Shown: positions 10,199 through 19,326 of the stretch, piece after piece | How the letters are laid out: the number at the start of each line of letters is the position of its first letter | How positions within the stretch are numbered: the stretch's first letter is position 1 | NCBI GenBank assembly: GCA_048938445.1 | Contig: JBHLME010000031.1 | Coordinates: forward strand, 1 to 40,163 | DNA length: 40,163 nt | Origin: Promethearchaeota archaeon | GTDB taxonomy: Archaea > Asgardarchaeota > Lokiarchaeia > Sigyniarchaeales > SOKP01 | Reading direction: 5' to 3' | The notes under the pieces: generated by a model | Database searches by the model: none | What the model saw: only the letters and a program-made list of their open reading frames with translations | Told to the model about the DNA's origin: nothing | Program-made: the position numbers and the translations under genes

Positions 10199-10825
10199 TT
10201 AAGAAAATTTTTGTACTAATTCTGCAACCCTTTTTCCAAGGTCCTTTGCTATTAATGCCCCTAATTCATCAATTTCTCCTTTTGCAACAAATTCTTTAAG
10301 TGTAAATTTTTGTAGACTAGTTATTGGAATATTTCCTTCTAACATTGGGCTTCCCAATGCATTACCTACTACAATCATTCCTTGTATCAAAGCAAAGTTT
10401 ATTAAATCAGATATTACGCCTTCTACGCTATTTCTCAATCCAGTCGATGCTAATGGTGCGAAAATAATATCTTTTAAAAGATAGTTTTTCATTTTCCAGG
10501 GTCTTGAACGATCAATTAATGCTTTTATTTGAGAACTAACTGAACCAAAGTAATTTGGAGCAGCAATTAAAATTGCGGATGATCCTAATATCAAGTCCTC
10601 TATTTTTTTTGTATCATCATTTTCAGATAAAGGACAATCATTTGGAGACCTTAAACATTGATCACATCCATTACATGGAGTTATATTAAAGTCTGAAATC
10701 TGTATTTTATTAATTTCAAAATCATCTGCTACTGCTTTGATTCCTTCAATTGCTTGGTCAACTAAAAAATTACAATTTCTATTTTTTCTTGGAGAACCTA
10801 CGATTAAAGTTATTTTTTTTGCCAT
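10199..10825 (-). CDS. Flavodoxin-family iron-sulfur flavoprotein / NAD(P)H-dependent FMN reductase
   Basis: GSPRKNRN, PCNGCDQC-x5-C, APNYFGSVSSQIKALIDR. Confidence 0.9.
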   Translation of the reverse strand: MAKKITLIVGSPRKNRNCNFLVDQAIEGIKAVADDFEINKIQISDFNITPCNGCDQCLRSPNDCPLSENDDTKKIEDLILGSSAILIAAPNYFGSVSSQIKALIDRSRPWKMKNYLLKDIIFAPLASTGLRNSVEGVISDLINFALIQGMIVVGNALGSPMLEGNIPITSLQKFTLKEFVAKGEIDELGALIAKDLGKRVAELVQKFS

Positions 10826-10886
10826 TTTTTTAAAATCCTCTTATTTTTATTATAGAATATTGGAAAAAAATCATTTTTTGAACTAA

Positions 10887-11090
10887 TTAATCCTCATCTT
10901 CATCGTCCTCATCATCGTCTTCCTCATCATCATCGTCGTCATCATCATCTTCATCATCATCTTCTTCAAGATCAATTTCCCCATGACAATTTTCACAAAA
11001 AGGAATGCCATTCACGAAAACTGCCATGCTTTCGGGAATATCTCTTCCACAGTGTGCACAATCTACATATTCCTCGTAATCTTCATTCAT
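10887..11090 (-). CDS. Small zinc-binding protein with acidic tail
   Basis: CAHC-x17-CENC followed by ~26 D/E residues; GAGG Shine-Dalgarno upstream. Confidence 0.75.
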   Translation of the reverse strand: MNEDYEEYVDCAHCGRDIPESMAVFVNGIPFCENCHGEIDLEEDDDEDDDDDDDDEEDDDEDDEDED

Positions 11091-11156
11091 AATGATTTCC
11101 TCATTAAAAAATTTTTAAATTATTTATTTTAATTAAAATAAAAATATTAATTTTTT

Positions 11157-11585
11157 TTATATATCATTGTCATCAGTTTCATCTGCAGAAATGGTTTGTT
11201 TATCCTTATTAATATCTGGTATATCTTTTGGGATCTTATCAGTTTCTCGTTTTTTTTTATCTATAGTTGAAAAGGCGTCTTCGGCATCTTCAGGAATGTG
11301 TTTTGAATATTTTTTAAAGTGTTTTTCATCGTATTTATTAAATTTATCTTTAAGTTTATCACCGATTAGAGACGTATTTACAATTACCCCTGCTACAACA
11401 AAAATTACAAAAAGTACAATATAAAAGATAAAAGATCCATAAGGAAATATACCTAACTCTAATATGTAATTAACAAAAAAGACCATTACTTGCCCAATTG
11501 GGACTACAAAAGGTTGCAAAACAAACAAAATTACTCCAATAATTTCAGCTATAACTTGTAATGCAACAATTGTATCGAATATCAT
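11157..11585 (-). CDS. Hypothetical membrane protein
   Basis: Hydrophobic N-terminal ~70 aa and a charged tail; 1 nt from the upstream gene. Confidence 0.75.
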   Translation of the reverse strand: MIFDTIVALQVIAEIIGVILFVLQPFVVPIGQVMVFFVNYILELGIFPYGSFIFYIVLFVIFVVAGVIVNTSLIGDKLKDKFNKYDEKHFKKYSKHIPEDAEDAFSTIDKKKRETDKIPKDIPDINKDKQTISADETDDNDI

Positions 11586-11586
11586 A

Positions 11587-12069
11587 TTATCTTACCTCCT
11601 TTTGTAATAATTTTTGTTCTTTCTCTTCCCTAATTTTAAAGCGATTTATTGTAAAATCGACAACATCATAAACCTTTAATAGAATAGTTAAAAAATAAAC
11701 ACCTAAATAGACCAATATCATTTGTTGCAAGTCGAGATACAAAATCCCGTAATCTACAATTACGAATTCGACTGTTAAAGCTCCTGAAAATCTATAACTC
11801 CAAATATAAAAACAATTTAAAATGATCTGAATGAGCGAAAAAACTCCTCTCCGAATTGATTGAGGTGGTGAAGAATATGAAAAAAAAGCACATCCACTTA
11901 TTATAAGTCCGAAGGCAAAAATCCAAAAGATGATTGTTTCATATTGTGTTTGTTCAATTTGAATCTCAAAACCCTGTATTGTCAAGTTTTTAATCCAAGT
12001 AAAGCCTAAATAAGGAACTACAATTGTAGTAATGATATAAATTATGGCAAATATGATTCCTCTTGTCAT
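11587..12069 (-). CDS. Hypothetical membrane protein (about 4 TM)
   Basis: Four hydrophobic segments; in an operon-like run of three genes. Confidence 0.8.
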   Translation of the reverse strand: MTRGIIFAIIYIITTIVVPYLGFTWIKNLTIQGFEIQIEQTQYETIIFWIFAFGLIISGCAFFSYSSPPQSIRRGVFSLIQIILNCFYIWSYRFSGALTVEFVIVDYGILYLDLQQMILVYLGVYFLTILLKVYDVVDFTINRFKIREEKEQKLLQKEVR

Positions 12070-12103
12070 ATTTTTTATGTCTTCTATTTCAATTCACCTC
12101 TGA

Positions 12104-12613
12104 TTACGAAATTGTGTAGTTAATATTCTCAAATACTACATCAAAGGAAAGTAGATTAAGGGAATAATAACCACTTAAAATTAAATCTATTAATACATAG
12201 GGTGTATAACCCGGATCAAATACGGGAATCGTATTAAAATTTGTTGCATTTAATCCTCCCGGATAGGTATCACCTCTTCGAATATCAACTGGTAGAGTAG
12301 AATGTGATAATATTCGGGCGGATTCAGTGTAAGATGCGTTATAATACATATCAATCGAAATCGTGATAGTAAATGCATTCAGATCAAAGTATCCATCATT
12401 AGTAATGTTAAACGGAATATAAACATACCAATTTCCTATATCTGAGGGATCTAAATGAGTAACTATGTTATCCATATCAACACGTATATTATCCTCATTC
12501 ATTAAAATATTGACTGCAGACCACCCAGCTAAAGCAGAAACAATCGAAAGAGAGACCGTAAAAGTAAGAAGAAAAAGCCGCACGACCAGTCTAAATATTC
12601 TCGCTTTTCTCAT
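12104..12613 (-). CDS. Membrane-anchored protein, possible LEA-2/WHy-like beta domain
   Basis: Basic N-terminus plus one TM, then beta-rich region with FNITNDGYFDL. Confidence 0.7.
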   Translation of the reverse strand: MRKARIFRLVVRLFLLTFTVSLSIVSALAGWSAVNILMNEDNIRVDMDNIVTHLDPSDIGNWYVYIPFNITNDGYFDLNAFTITISIDMYYNASYTESARILSHSTLPVDIRRGDTYPGGLNATNFNTIPVFDPGYTPYVLIDLILSGYYSLNLLSFDVVFENINYTIS

Positions 12614-12738
12614 TTTTTTAAATAAAAATAGGGTACTTAATCGATAAATATTGTGAACCCAACATATATATTAATATTTTCGATTTTTATAATAGTGCTT
12701 TTTAATTGTATAAAAAGAATAAGAATCAAAATGAAAAG

Positions 12739-14679
12739 CTAAATTGTAGAATTTCTCGTGAAATTAAGTTTACCTCCAGCAATAACTATATCTATTTCTC
12801 TATTTGATAAATCATGTATAACTTCAAATTTTGTTTCTTGAGTTTTATTCTGAACAATGATAGATTTATTATTATTCTTTATACCTTTCAAAATGTCATA
12901 AATTTCCAGGATATCACCTTGATTTATTTTTTCATAATCATTTTCATTTTTAAACGTAAATGGAATGATTCCAAAATTTACTAAATTATCTCTATGAATT
13001 CGAGCAAATGATTTTGTAATAACAATTTTAATACCTAAATACATTGGTGCCAATGCTGCGTGTTCTCTACTTGAACCTTGTCCGTAGTTAATTCCTCCGA
13101 TGATCAATCCACCTCCTTTTTCCTTGTTTTCAATTGCTCTCATTGCGAAAGAAGGATCTTTCTGACTAAATACAAATTCACTGATTTTTGGTAGATTTGA
13201 TCTGAAAGGAAGGATTTTAGCTCCTGCGGGCATAATATCATCAGTCGTAATGTTATCTTCTACCTTGATTAAGACTTTTAAATTCGTTATATCTTTTGTT
13301 AAAGGAGAAAAATCTGGTAAGGGTGTAATATTTGGTCCCCTAATTATCTTCACTGAATCAGGATCAATAGAAGGTTCAATAATTTGAGAATCATCAATCA
13401 GGATCTTTTCAGGTAACTTAATATTAGGGTAATGTCCAATTTTTCTAGGATCCGTGATTTCTCCAAATAAAGCAGATGCAACTGCTGTCTCTGGACTCCC
13501 TAAATATATTTCAGCAGATAAAGTACCGCTCCTTCCACAAAAATTTCGATTAAATGTTCTCACGGCTATTGCATTTGATTTTGGAGCAAATCCCATTCCT
13601 ATACAAGGGCCACAAGCCGTTTCTAATAATCTTGCTCCAGAAGATATGATGTCTGTTAAAGCACCAACTCTGGACATTTCTAGGAGGACTTGACGCGATC
13701 CTGGAGAGATACCCATGATAACATCTTCATGAATTTTACGTCCCTTAAGGAAGGCAGCAATTATCATCATGTCTTTTAATGAACTATTCGTACAAGATCC
13801 TATAGCAACTTGATCAACTTTCAATCCTTCAACTTCAGAAACAGGAACGACATTACCTGGTGAATGGGGTTTTGCAATTAAAGGTATTAGTTTTGATAAA
13901 TCAATTTCAATTATTTCATCAAAATCATTATCTGAACCGCCCGCAATCTTAATCCATTGATCCCCTCTGCCTTCTAATTCTAAAAACTTACGAGTAACAT
14001 CATCCGAAGGAAAAATCGATGTTGTTGCCCCCGTTTCAGCACCCATATTCGTAATAGTTGCTCTTTCAGGAACTGTTAAACTACTCACTCCAGGACCAAA
14101 ATATTCTAATATATAACCTACTCCACCTATAACATCCATTCTTCTCAATATTTCTAAAATCACGTCTTTGGCTGAGACAAAATCTGGTAAAGACCCAATT
14201 AATTTAATTCCAAGTAATTTTGGTGTTTTCAAATAAAATAGACCTCCTCCCATAGCTACTGCTACATCTAAACCTCCTGCACCTATTGCAATCATTCCCA
14301 TCCCTCCCGCGGTTGGAGTATGAGAATCTGATCCAATTAAGGTCTTACCTGGACGAGCAAATCTTTCAAGAAACACTTGATGGCAGATCCCGTTCCCTGG
14401 TTTTGAGAATTTTATTCCATACTTTGCAGCGACTGAAGCAAGATATCTATGGTCATCTGCATTTTTAAAATCTGTTTGTAAGGTATTATGATCGACAAAA
14501 GACACTGACAATTCCGTTTTAACCTTTTTTAATTTCATTGCTTCGAATTGCAAATAAGCCATAGTACCTGTAGCATCTTGAGTTAAGGTATGATCAATTT
14601 TAATACCAATTTCCTTTCCAACAATTAATTCGCCTTCTACAAGATGTTCTTCCAATATTTTTCGTGCTATTGATGTCAT
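12739..14679 (-). CDS. acn: Aconitate hydratase (short archaeal/Aquifex-type, 4Fe-4S)
   Basis: QDATGT, DHNT, GNGICHQ, GSDSHT, IGSCTNSS, CGPCIG, TFNRNF, GQGSSREHAA. Confidence 0.93.
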   Translation of the reverse strand: MTSIARKILEEHLVEGELIVGKEIGIKIDHTLTQDATGTMAYLQFEAMKLKKVKTELSVSFVDHNTLQTDFKNADDHRYLASVAAKYGIKFSKPGNGICHQVFLERFARPGKTLIGSDSHTPTAGGMGMIAIGAGGLDVAVAMGGGLFYLKTPKLLGIKLIGSLPDFVSAKDVILEILRRMDVIGGVGYILEYFGPGVSSLTVPERATITNMGAETGATTSIFPSDDVTRKFLELEGRGDQWIKIAGGSDNDFDEIIEIDLSKLIPLIAKPHSPGNVVPVSEVEGLKVDQVAIGSCTNSSLKDMMIIAAFLKGRKIHEDVIMGISPGSRQVLLEMSRVGALTDIISSGARLLETACGPCIGMGFAPKSNAIAVRTFNRNFCGRSGTLSAEIYLGSPETAVASALFGEITDPRKIGHYPNIKLPEKILIDDSQIIEPSIDPDSVKIIRGPNITPLPDFSPLTKDITNLKVLIKVEDNITTDDIMPAGAKILPFRSNLPKISEFVFSQKDPSFAMRAIENKEKGGGLIIGGINYGQGSSREHAALAPMYLGIKIVITKSFARIHRDNLVNFGIIPFTFKNENDYEKINQGDILEIYDILKGIKNNNKSIIVQNKTQETKFEVIHDLSNREIDIVIAGGKLNFTRNSTI

Positions 14680-14829
14680 TTTACTTGAGAGTAAAGTTTG
14701 TATAATATTAATAGAAACTAATGATTGTTATTTTAAATGTTTTCCAAGAAATATTAATCAATTATTAAACATAGATTAAAGAAAATAAGTAAAAAAAAAG
14801 TATTATTTCTGAAACGGTTGCAACCGAAA

Positions 14830-14866
14830 ATCGCTAATCTTCTACAATTTTTTAAGATTAGTTCAT
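14830..14866 (-). promoter_or_regulatory. SECIS-like element 1 (3' UTR, eukaryote-type)
   Basis: Minus strand AUGA-A-CUAAUCUU-AAAAAAUUGUAG-AAGAUUAG-C-GAU: UGA/GA core, perfect 8-bp stem, A-run at the 5' side of the loop. Starts 20 nt after the stop of a TGA-containing gene. Confidence 0.85.
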
Positions 14867-14886
14867 ATTTTTTTATTTTATATTTT

Positions 14887-15240
14887 TTAATTTTCTATTT
14901 TTAAAGATAGTGTTGCCTGTTGCTTGCCAAATCTTTTCCAATTTTTCACGTCTACTACAACGTTCCTACCATATGGTTCTAACTCATTTAACAGCATTTT
15001 ATCAATATATATTTCAATAGACATGTCAGTACTTCCTCCATTTCCATTCCATTTTTCAAAATTTCCATTATCAATAACTTGCTGTTTTAATGCTAATTGA
15101 ACCAAATTATAACAATATGTTCTTGATCAAGAACGTGTCGTGTATTTGTATATGGCTAGAACGATATCATCTTTTTTATCTATAGACGCTTGTTGTTCAT
15201 GAATAAGATCTGATGCTTCCTTTGTTAATGTTAGATTCAT
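14887..15240 (-). CDS. Putative selenoprotein, HesB/IscA-like fold, 117 aa, Sec38
   Basis: ATG at 15240 is in frame with the track ORF 14887..15105 through one TGA (15129-15127): MNLTLTKEASDLIHEQQASIDKKDDIVLAIYKYTTRS-U-SRTYCYNLVQL. A paralog upstream and a SECIS-like hairpin downstream support it. Confidence 0.85.
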
Positions 15241-15490
15241 TGTAATTATTCATTTTTTGTTATTTTATACTTATTTAAAGAGATAACTTAAACAAAAAAT
15301 TTGAGATTATAAAATAAAAATATAATACTATTTTTTATTAAAAATTATTTCTGTTCCAAATATTAAAAGATTAAGATTGTAAAGACTCCTTAATAAGATT
15401 TTTAAAAAAAAGGAAACGCTTACTCATAAAATATTGAAAGACCTTAAAAGGAATCAAATACATGATATTCACGGTTAGGGTGCACCTTTA

Positions 15491-15526
15491 ATCATCGACC
15501 TTCTAACATTTTTAAGATCGTTTCAT
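15491..15526 (-). promoter_or_regulatory. SECIS-like element 2 (3' UTR, eukaryote-type)
   Basis: Minus strand AUGA-A-ACGAUCUU-AAAAAUGUUAG-AAGGUCGA-U-GAU: stem CGAUCUU/AAGGUCG, same geometry as element 1. Starts 1 nt after the stop codon. Confidence 0.85.
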
Positions 15527-15527
15527 T

Positions 15528-15887
15528 TTAGCCATAAGTATCAGTATTTAACTTTTTCATGAGCAATAATCCCATTTTTTTACCCTTGACCTCACTCACG
15601 ATTGCATCTATTACTATTATTCCTTTTTCCTCCAATTCAGGAATGATAGATTTCTCCATGTACACCTCAACGTCAGGATTTTCTTCAATACTATCCCATT
15701 TAACGAATTCAACATAACCTTCGAAAACTTTATACTTTTCAACTAATTCAAGCACGTTTCCACAAAAGCTCATCGTTCAAGTTGAGGAAGAATAATAAAA
15801 TATCGCAACTACAAGCTCATTTAACTCTTGTTGTTGTTGCTCATGAATGTAATCCAATGCAGTTTGAGTAAAAGATACTTTAAACAA
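15528..15887 (-). CDS. Putative selenoprotein, HesB/IscA-like fold, 119 aa, Sec37
   Basis: TTG at 15887, preceded by SD AGGTGA, is in frame with the track ORF 15528..15773 through one TGA (15779-15777): MFKVSFTQTALDYIHEQQQQELNELVVAIFYYSSST-U-TMSFCGNVLEL. Confidence 0.85.
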
Positions 15888-16010
15888 AAATCACCTATAA
15901 AATATAATTATAAATCAAATAAAGTAATACAAAATTATAAAAAAAATTAACTTAACAAGCATTTTAAAATAGAACGAAAAAAATAAAAATTTGTAGTTAT
16001 TATGGATTTT

Positions 16011-18890
16011 CTATTTTTTAATTCTGTTTCTTATGTTTTTTCTCCAAAGACTTAGAGGGGTATCAATCCCTTCTTTTTTCCTGATACGCCATTTTCTTAA
16101 TTCATCAATAACAGAGACACTAAAGGCACCAAGGAAAAGGGCAATCCAATAGTATGGGTGATATAGCGGAACAAGGTTAAATATTAATCCAAAAGGAGTA
16201 TATAAAAGTACAAATTGCAATACTACTGAAATACCGACAGCCCAGAATAATTTTTTATTTGGAAAGAGATAAAATGGTTTTTTATTGGATGTACAAGCAA
16301 AAACAAACATTAATTCACAAAACACCAAATTAGTAAATAAAATAGTTTGTGCTAATGATATTGCATATGCTTGTGCTTCAGGATTTGTTAAATATCCGAC
16401 TAACTGAGGATCTATTGCGGGTGTAGCCCATGCAGGTATCAGTACTGACCATAGTAATAAATATAGTGCAATATCTGTGATAGATGTATAAATTCCAAGA
16501 AGTAAAACAGGCCCTTTGATCTCTGGTATGAGCGTGAAACCTTTACGTGGAGGATCTTTCATAACATCAGGATCCGTTGGTGTGAATCCTAAAGCCATTG
16601 CGGGAAGGGCATCAGTAGCTATATTAAGCCATAAGATTTGCAAGACATTAACTGGAAGTTTAAGAAATATAGAGCCAAGTAATCTTGTTACGATAAAGCC
16701 TACAAGTAATAAGAAGATTTCATCAAAATTCGTGCTTAACATAAATCTGAAAAAACCTTTCGTTGTTTCAAATATTCCTCTTCCTTCTTCAATTGCATTA
16801 ATGATTGTTGCGTAATTATCATCAATTAGAATCATTTCAGAAGCTTCTTGCGTTACTTCGGTACCTTTTAGCCCCATCGCAACTCCAACATGAGCTCCTT
16901 TAACCGCAGGAGCATCGTTCACCCCATCACCCGTCATTGCAACAATATCATCCAATTCTTTTAATCTCCTCAGAATTCTTAATTTATGTTCTGAGGTAAC
17001 TCTTGCGTATATGTCCACTGTTTTAACTTTTTCTCGCAGTTCATCATCACTCATTATTTCTAATTCAACTCCAGTAATTGCCTCATCTGAATCAGTCAAA
17101 CCAATTTGATGGGCAATTGCTACAGCAGTTACCTTATGATCTCCTGTGATCATGATGGTTCTAATTCCTGCCATTTTTGCCTCTGCAATTGCATCCTTAA
17201 CCTCATCTCTTGCAGGATCAATTATTCCGGCTAAACCAAGAAAGATATAATCTTTTTCCATTTCTTCTTCAGAAAAACCCTCATTTAATGGTTTATATGC
17301 TAGTCCTAGTACCCTTAATGCATTTTTAGCAAAAGACTCGTTTTGATTTAAAATTAAATCTTGAACTTCGCTAATTGGTTTTTCCTCCCCATTTAGCAGC
17401 CCCTTACTAGCGTTTTTCAATAAGACATCGGGAGCACCTTTAATCATAGAATACAAATTTCCATCTATATTAACTGCTACTGACATCATTTTTCTATCCG
17501 AGCTAAATGGAATTTCACTTACTTTTTCTGCTTGGGTATCGAGATCCATTTTCATTGCTAATACTTTAAAGCAAATTTCAGTAGGATCACCTACAACATC
17601 AGTATTGCTCGTTCCATCATTTTTGGGATGCACGCTTGAGTTATTACAAAACATAGCAACTTCTAGGAACTTTTTTAAATCTGAATTAATCGGTACTAGA
17701 TTGCCATCATCCATTATTTTCCCTTCAAGAGCATACCCAACACCTTCAACATCATATTCTTTACCTCCCAAAAATACTTTAACAATGGTCATTTCGTTTT
17801 TTGTAAGTGTACCTGTTTTATCCGAACATATGATATTAATTCGACCCAAAGTTTCAACAGCTGTTAATTTTCTCACTAAAGCATTCCTATCTGCCATTTT
17901 TTTCATTCCTATACTCATTACAATGGTTATTACCACTATAAGTCCTTCAGGAACAGCAGAAACGGCTAAACTTATAGAAAGTTCGAATGCGTTAATAATA
18001 TCTTCAATAAAATCTGTAAGTGCATTAGGGTGTGCAAAATCTGTCGTGAATAAGACAATAATAAAATCTATAGCAAATACGGCAAGGCATATTATAATGA
18101 TTAGTTTTCCCAGGAGTGCTCCAAATTTGTTCACTTCTTTCTGAAATGGACTAAGTACTTCAACTTCTTCTTGCAATTTTTCAGCTATTTTTCCTATTTC
18201 CGTGTTCATCCCAGAGCCAATAACAATACCTTCTCCATTTCCTCTAGTAATAATGGTATTCATATAGCCAAGATTAGTTCTATCGGCTAATATTTCCTTT
18301 TCATCAACTATTTTTAATTTCTTTTTTACTGGTTCAGATTCTCCAGTCAAAATTGCTTCATCCACATATAGAGAAAATTCCTTGAAAAGCCGAATATCTG
18401 CGGGAAATTTATCTCCTTGTTCAACTAAGACAATATCTCCAGGGACTATATTTCCTGCATCAATCTCTTGAACTCTTCCGTCCCGTCTGACTTTAGCAAA
18501 GTGAGGTGCTAATTTTTTTAAACTCTCCAGTGATTTTTCAGCTGAATACTCCTGGTAAAATCCCAATACGGCATTAACAATTAAGATTGCTATAATCACG
18601 ATTGCTTCCGTATATTCTGAAGGCCATAGTTCTCCATCTGTATAAGTATGCCATATCCCAATAACTATAGAAACAGCTATAGCAAAGAATAAAAGATAAA
18701 TGAGAATATCTTTAAACTGGCCTATAAAAATTTGTAATGCCGTCTTTCCCTTTGTTTTTATTAATTCATTTTTTCCGAATTTTTCAAGTCTTTTCTCGAC
18801 TTCTCCACCAGTTAAACCCACAGCAATTGAAGTATCCAACAGTTTTACGACTTCGTTAATCTCTTTAGAATGTGCATTGATAATTTCCAT
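16011..18890 (-). CDS. Cation-transporting P-type ATPase (P2A, Ca2+-type)
   Basis: LTGES, AVPEGL, CSDKTGTLT, KGAPD, TGDGVNDAPA, LWLNIATD; about 10 TM. Confidence 0.96.
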   Translation of the reverse strand: MEIINAHSKEINEVVKLLDTSIAVGLTGGEVEKRLEKFGKNELIKTKGKTALQIFIGQFKDILIYLLFFAIAVSIVIGIWHTYTDGELWPSEYTEAIVIIAILIVNAVLGFYQEYSAEKSLESLKKLAPHFAKVRRDGRVQEIDAGNIVPGDIVLVEQGDKFPADIRLFKEFSLYVDEAILTGESEPVKKKLKIVDEKEILADRTNLGYMNTIITRGNGEGIVIGSGMNTEIGKIAEKLQEEVEVLSPFQKEVNKFGALLGKLIIIICLAVFAIDFIIVLFTTDFAHPNALTDFIEDIINAFELSISLAVSAVPEGLIVVITIVMSIGMKKMADRNALVRKLTAVETLGRINIICSDKTGTLTKNEMTIVKVFLGGKEYDVEGVGYALEGKIMDDGNLVPINSDLKKFLEVAMFCNNSSVHPKNDGTSNTDVVGDPTEICFKVLAMKMDLDTQAEKVSEIPFSSDRKMMSVAVNIDGNLYSMIKGAPDVLLKNASKGLLNGEEKPISEVQDLILNQNESFAKNALRVLGLAYKPLNEGFSEEEMEKDYIFLGLAGIIDPARDEVKDAIAEAKMAGIRTIMITGDHKVTAVAIAHQIGLTDSDEAITGVELEIMSDDELREKVKTVDIYARVTSEHKLRILRRLKELDDIVAMTGDGVNDAPAVKGAHVGVAMGLKGTEVTQEASEMILIDDNYATIINAIEEGRGIFETTKGFFRFMLSTNFDEIFLLLVGFIVTRLLGSIFLKLPVNVLQILWLNIATDALPAMALGFTPTDPDVMKDPPRKGFTLIPEIKGPVLLLGIYTSITDIALYLLLWSVLIPAWATPAIDPQLVGYLTNPEAQAYAISLAQTILFTNLVFCELMFVFACTSNKKPFYLFPNKKLFWAVGISVVLQFVLLYTPFGLIFNLVPLYHPYYWIALFLGAFSVSVIDELRKWRIRKKEGIDTPLSLWRKNIRNRIKK

Positions 18891-19326
18891 TTTGATTCAA
18901 TTTTGTAAATTTTTTTATTTAGATTTACGAAAAATATATATAAAAAAATAAAATTTCATCATTTTAAGAATTTTCTTTTTAAATTAAAAGTAAATTTTTT
19001 TATTTTAATCTAGAATTGTTCTAACGATGTTATTTACTTGGTTTATTAGTTATTAATTTATCAACTTAATCAAACAAAATAAATAATAAATTGGTAACCA
19101 ATCAAAAAAAAAGTTTTAAAATTTAAAAAGAAATGCTCATTTTTAATGACCTTTTTTTCTTCATTGCTCAAGCTATATCGTAATAGTACGCACATAAGGG
19201 TAAATCATATAAGTTTAAAAAATAAAAGAATAATAATAATTATTAACATTGGTTGGTTACACCTATACAAATTTTTTTCTTCTATAAAAAATATTTAAAT
19301 AAATTAAAAACGAGTTTTGACTAAAA

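Noticed and set aside
15826-15840. (CAA)4 poly-Gln microsatellite in selenoprotein gene 2
   Set aside because: Short and in frame; not a credible phase-variation tract.
14887-15887. Reading the two TGA-split genes as pseudogenes, or as evidence of genome-wide UGA reassignment
   Set aside because: The aligned TGA, otherwise intact frames and SECIS-like hairpins argue against decay. TGG is used for Trp throughout, long genes lack internal TGA, and 26141..27376 ends in TGA.
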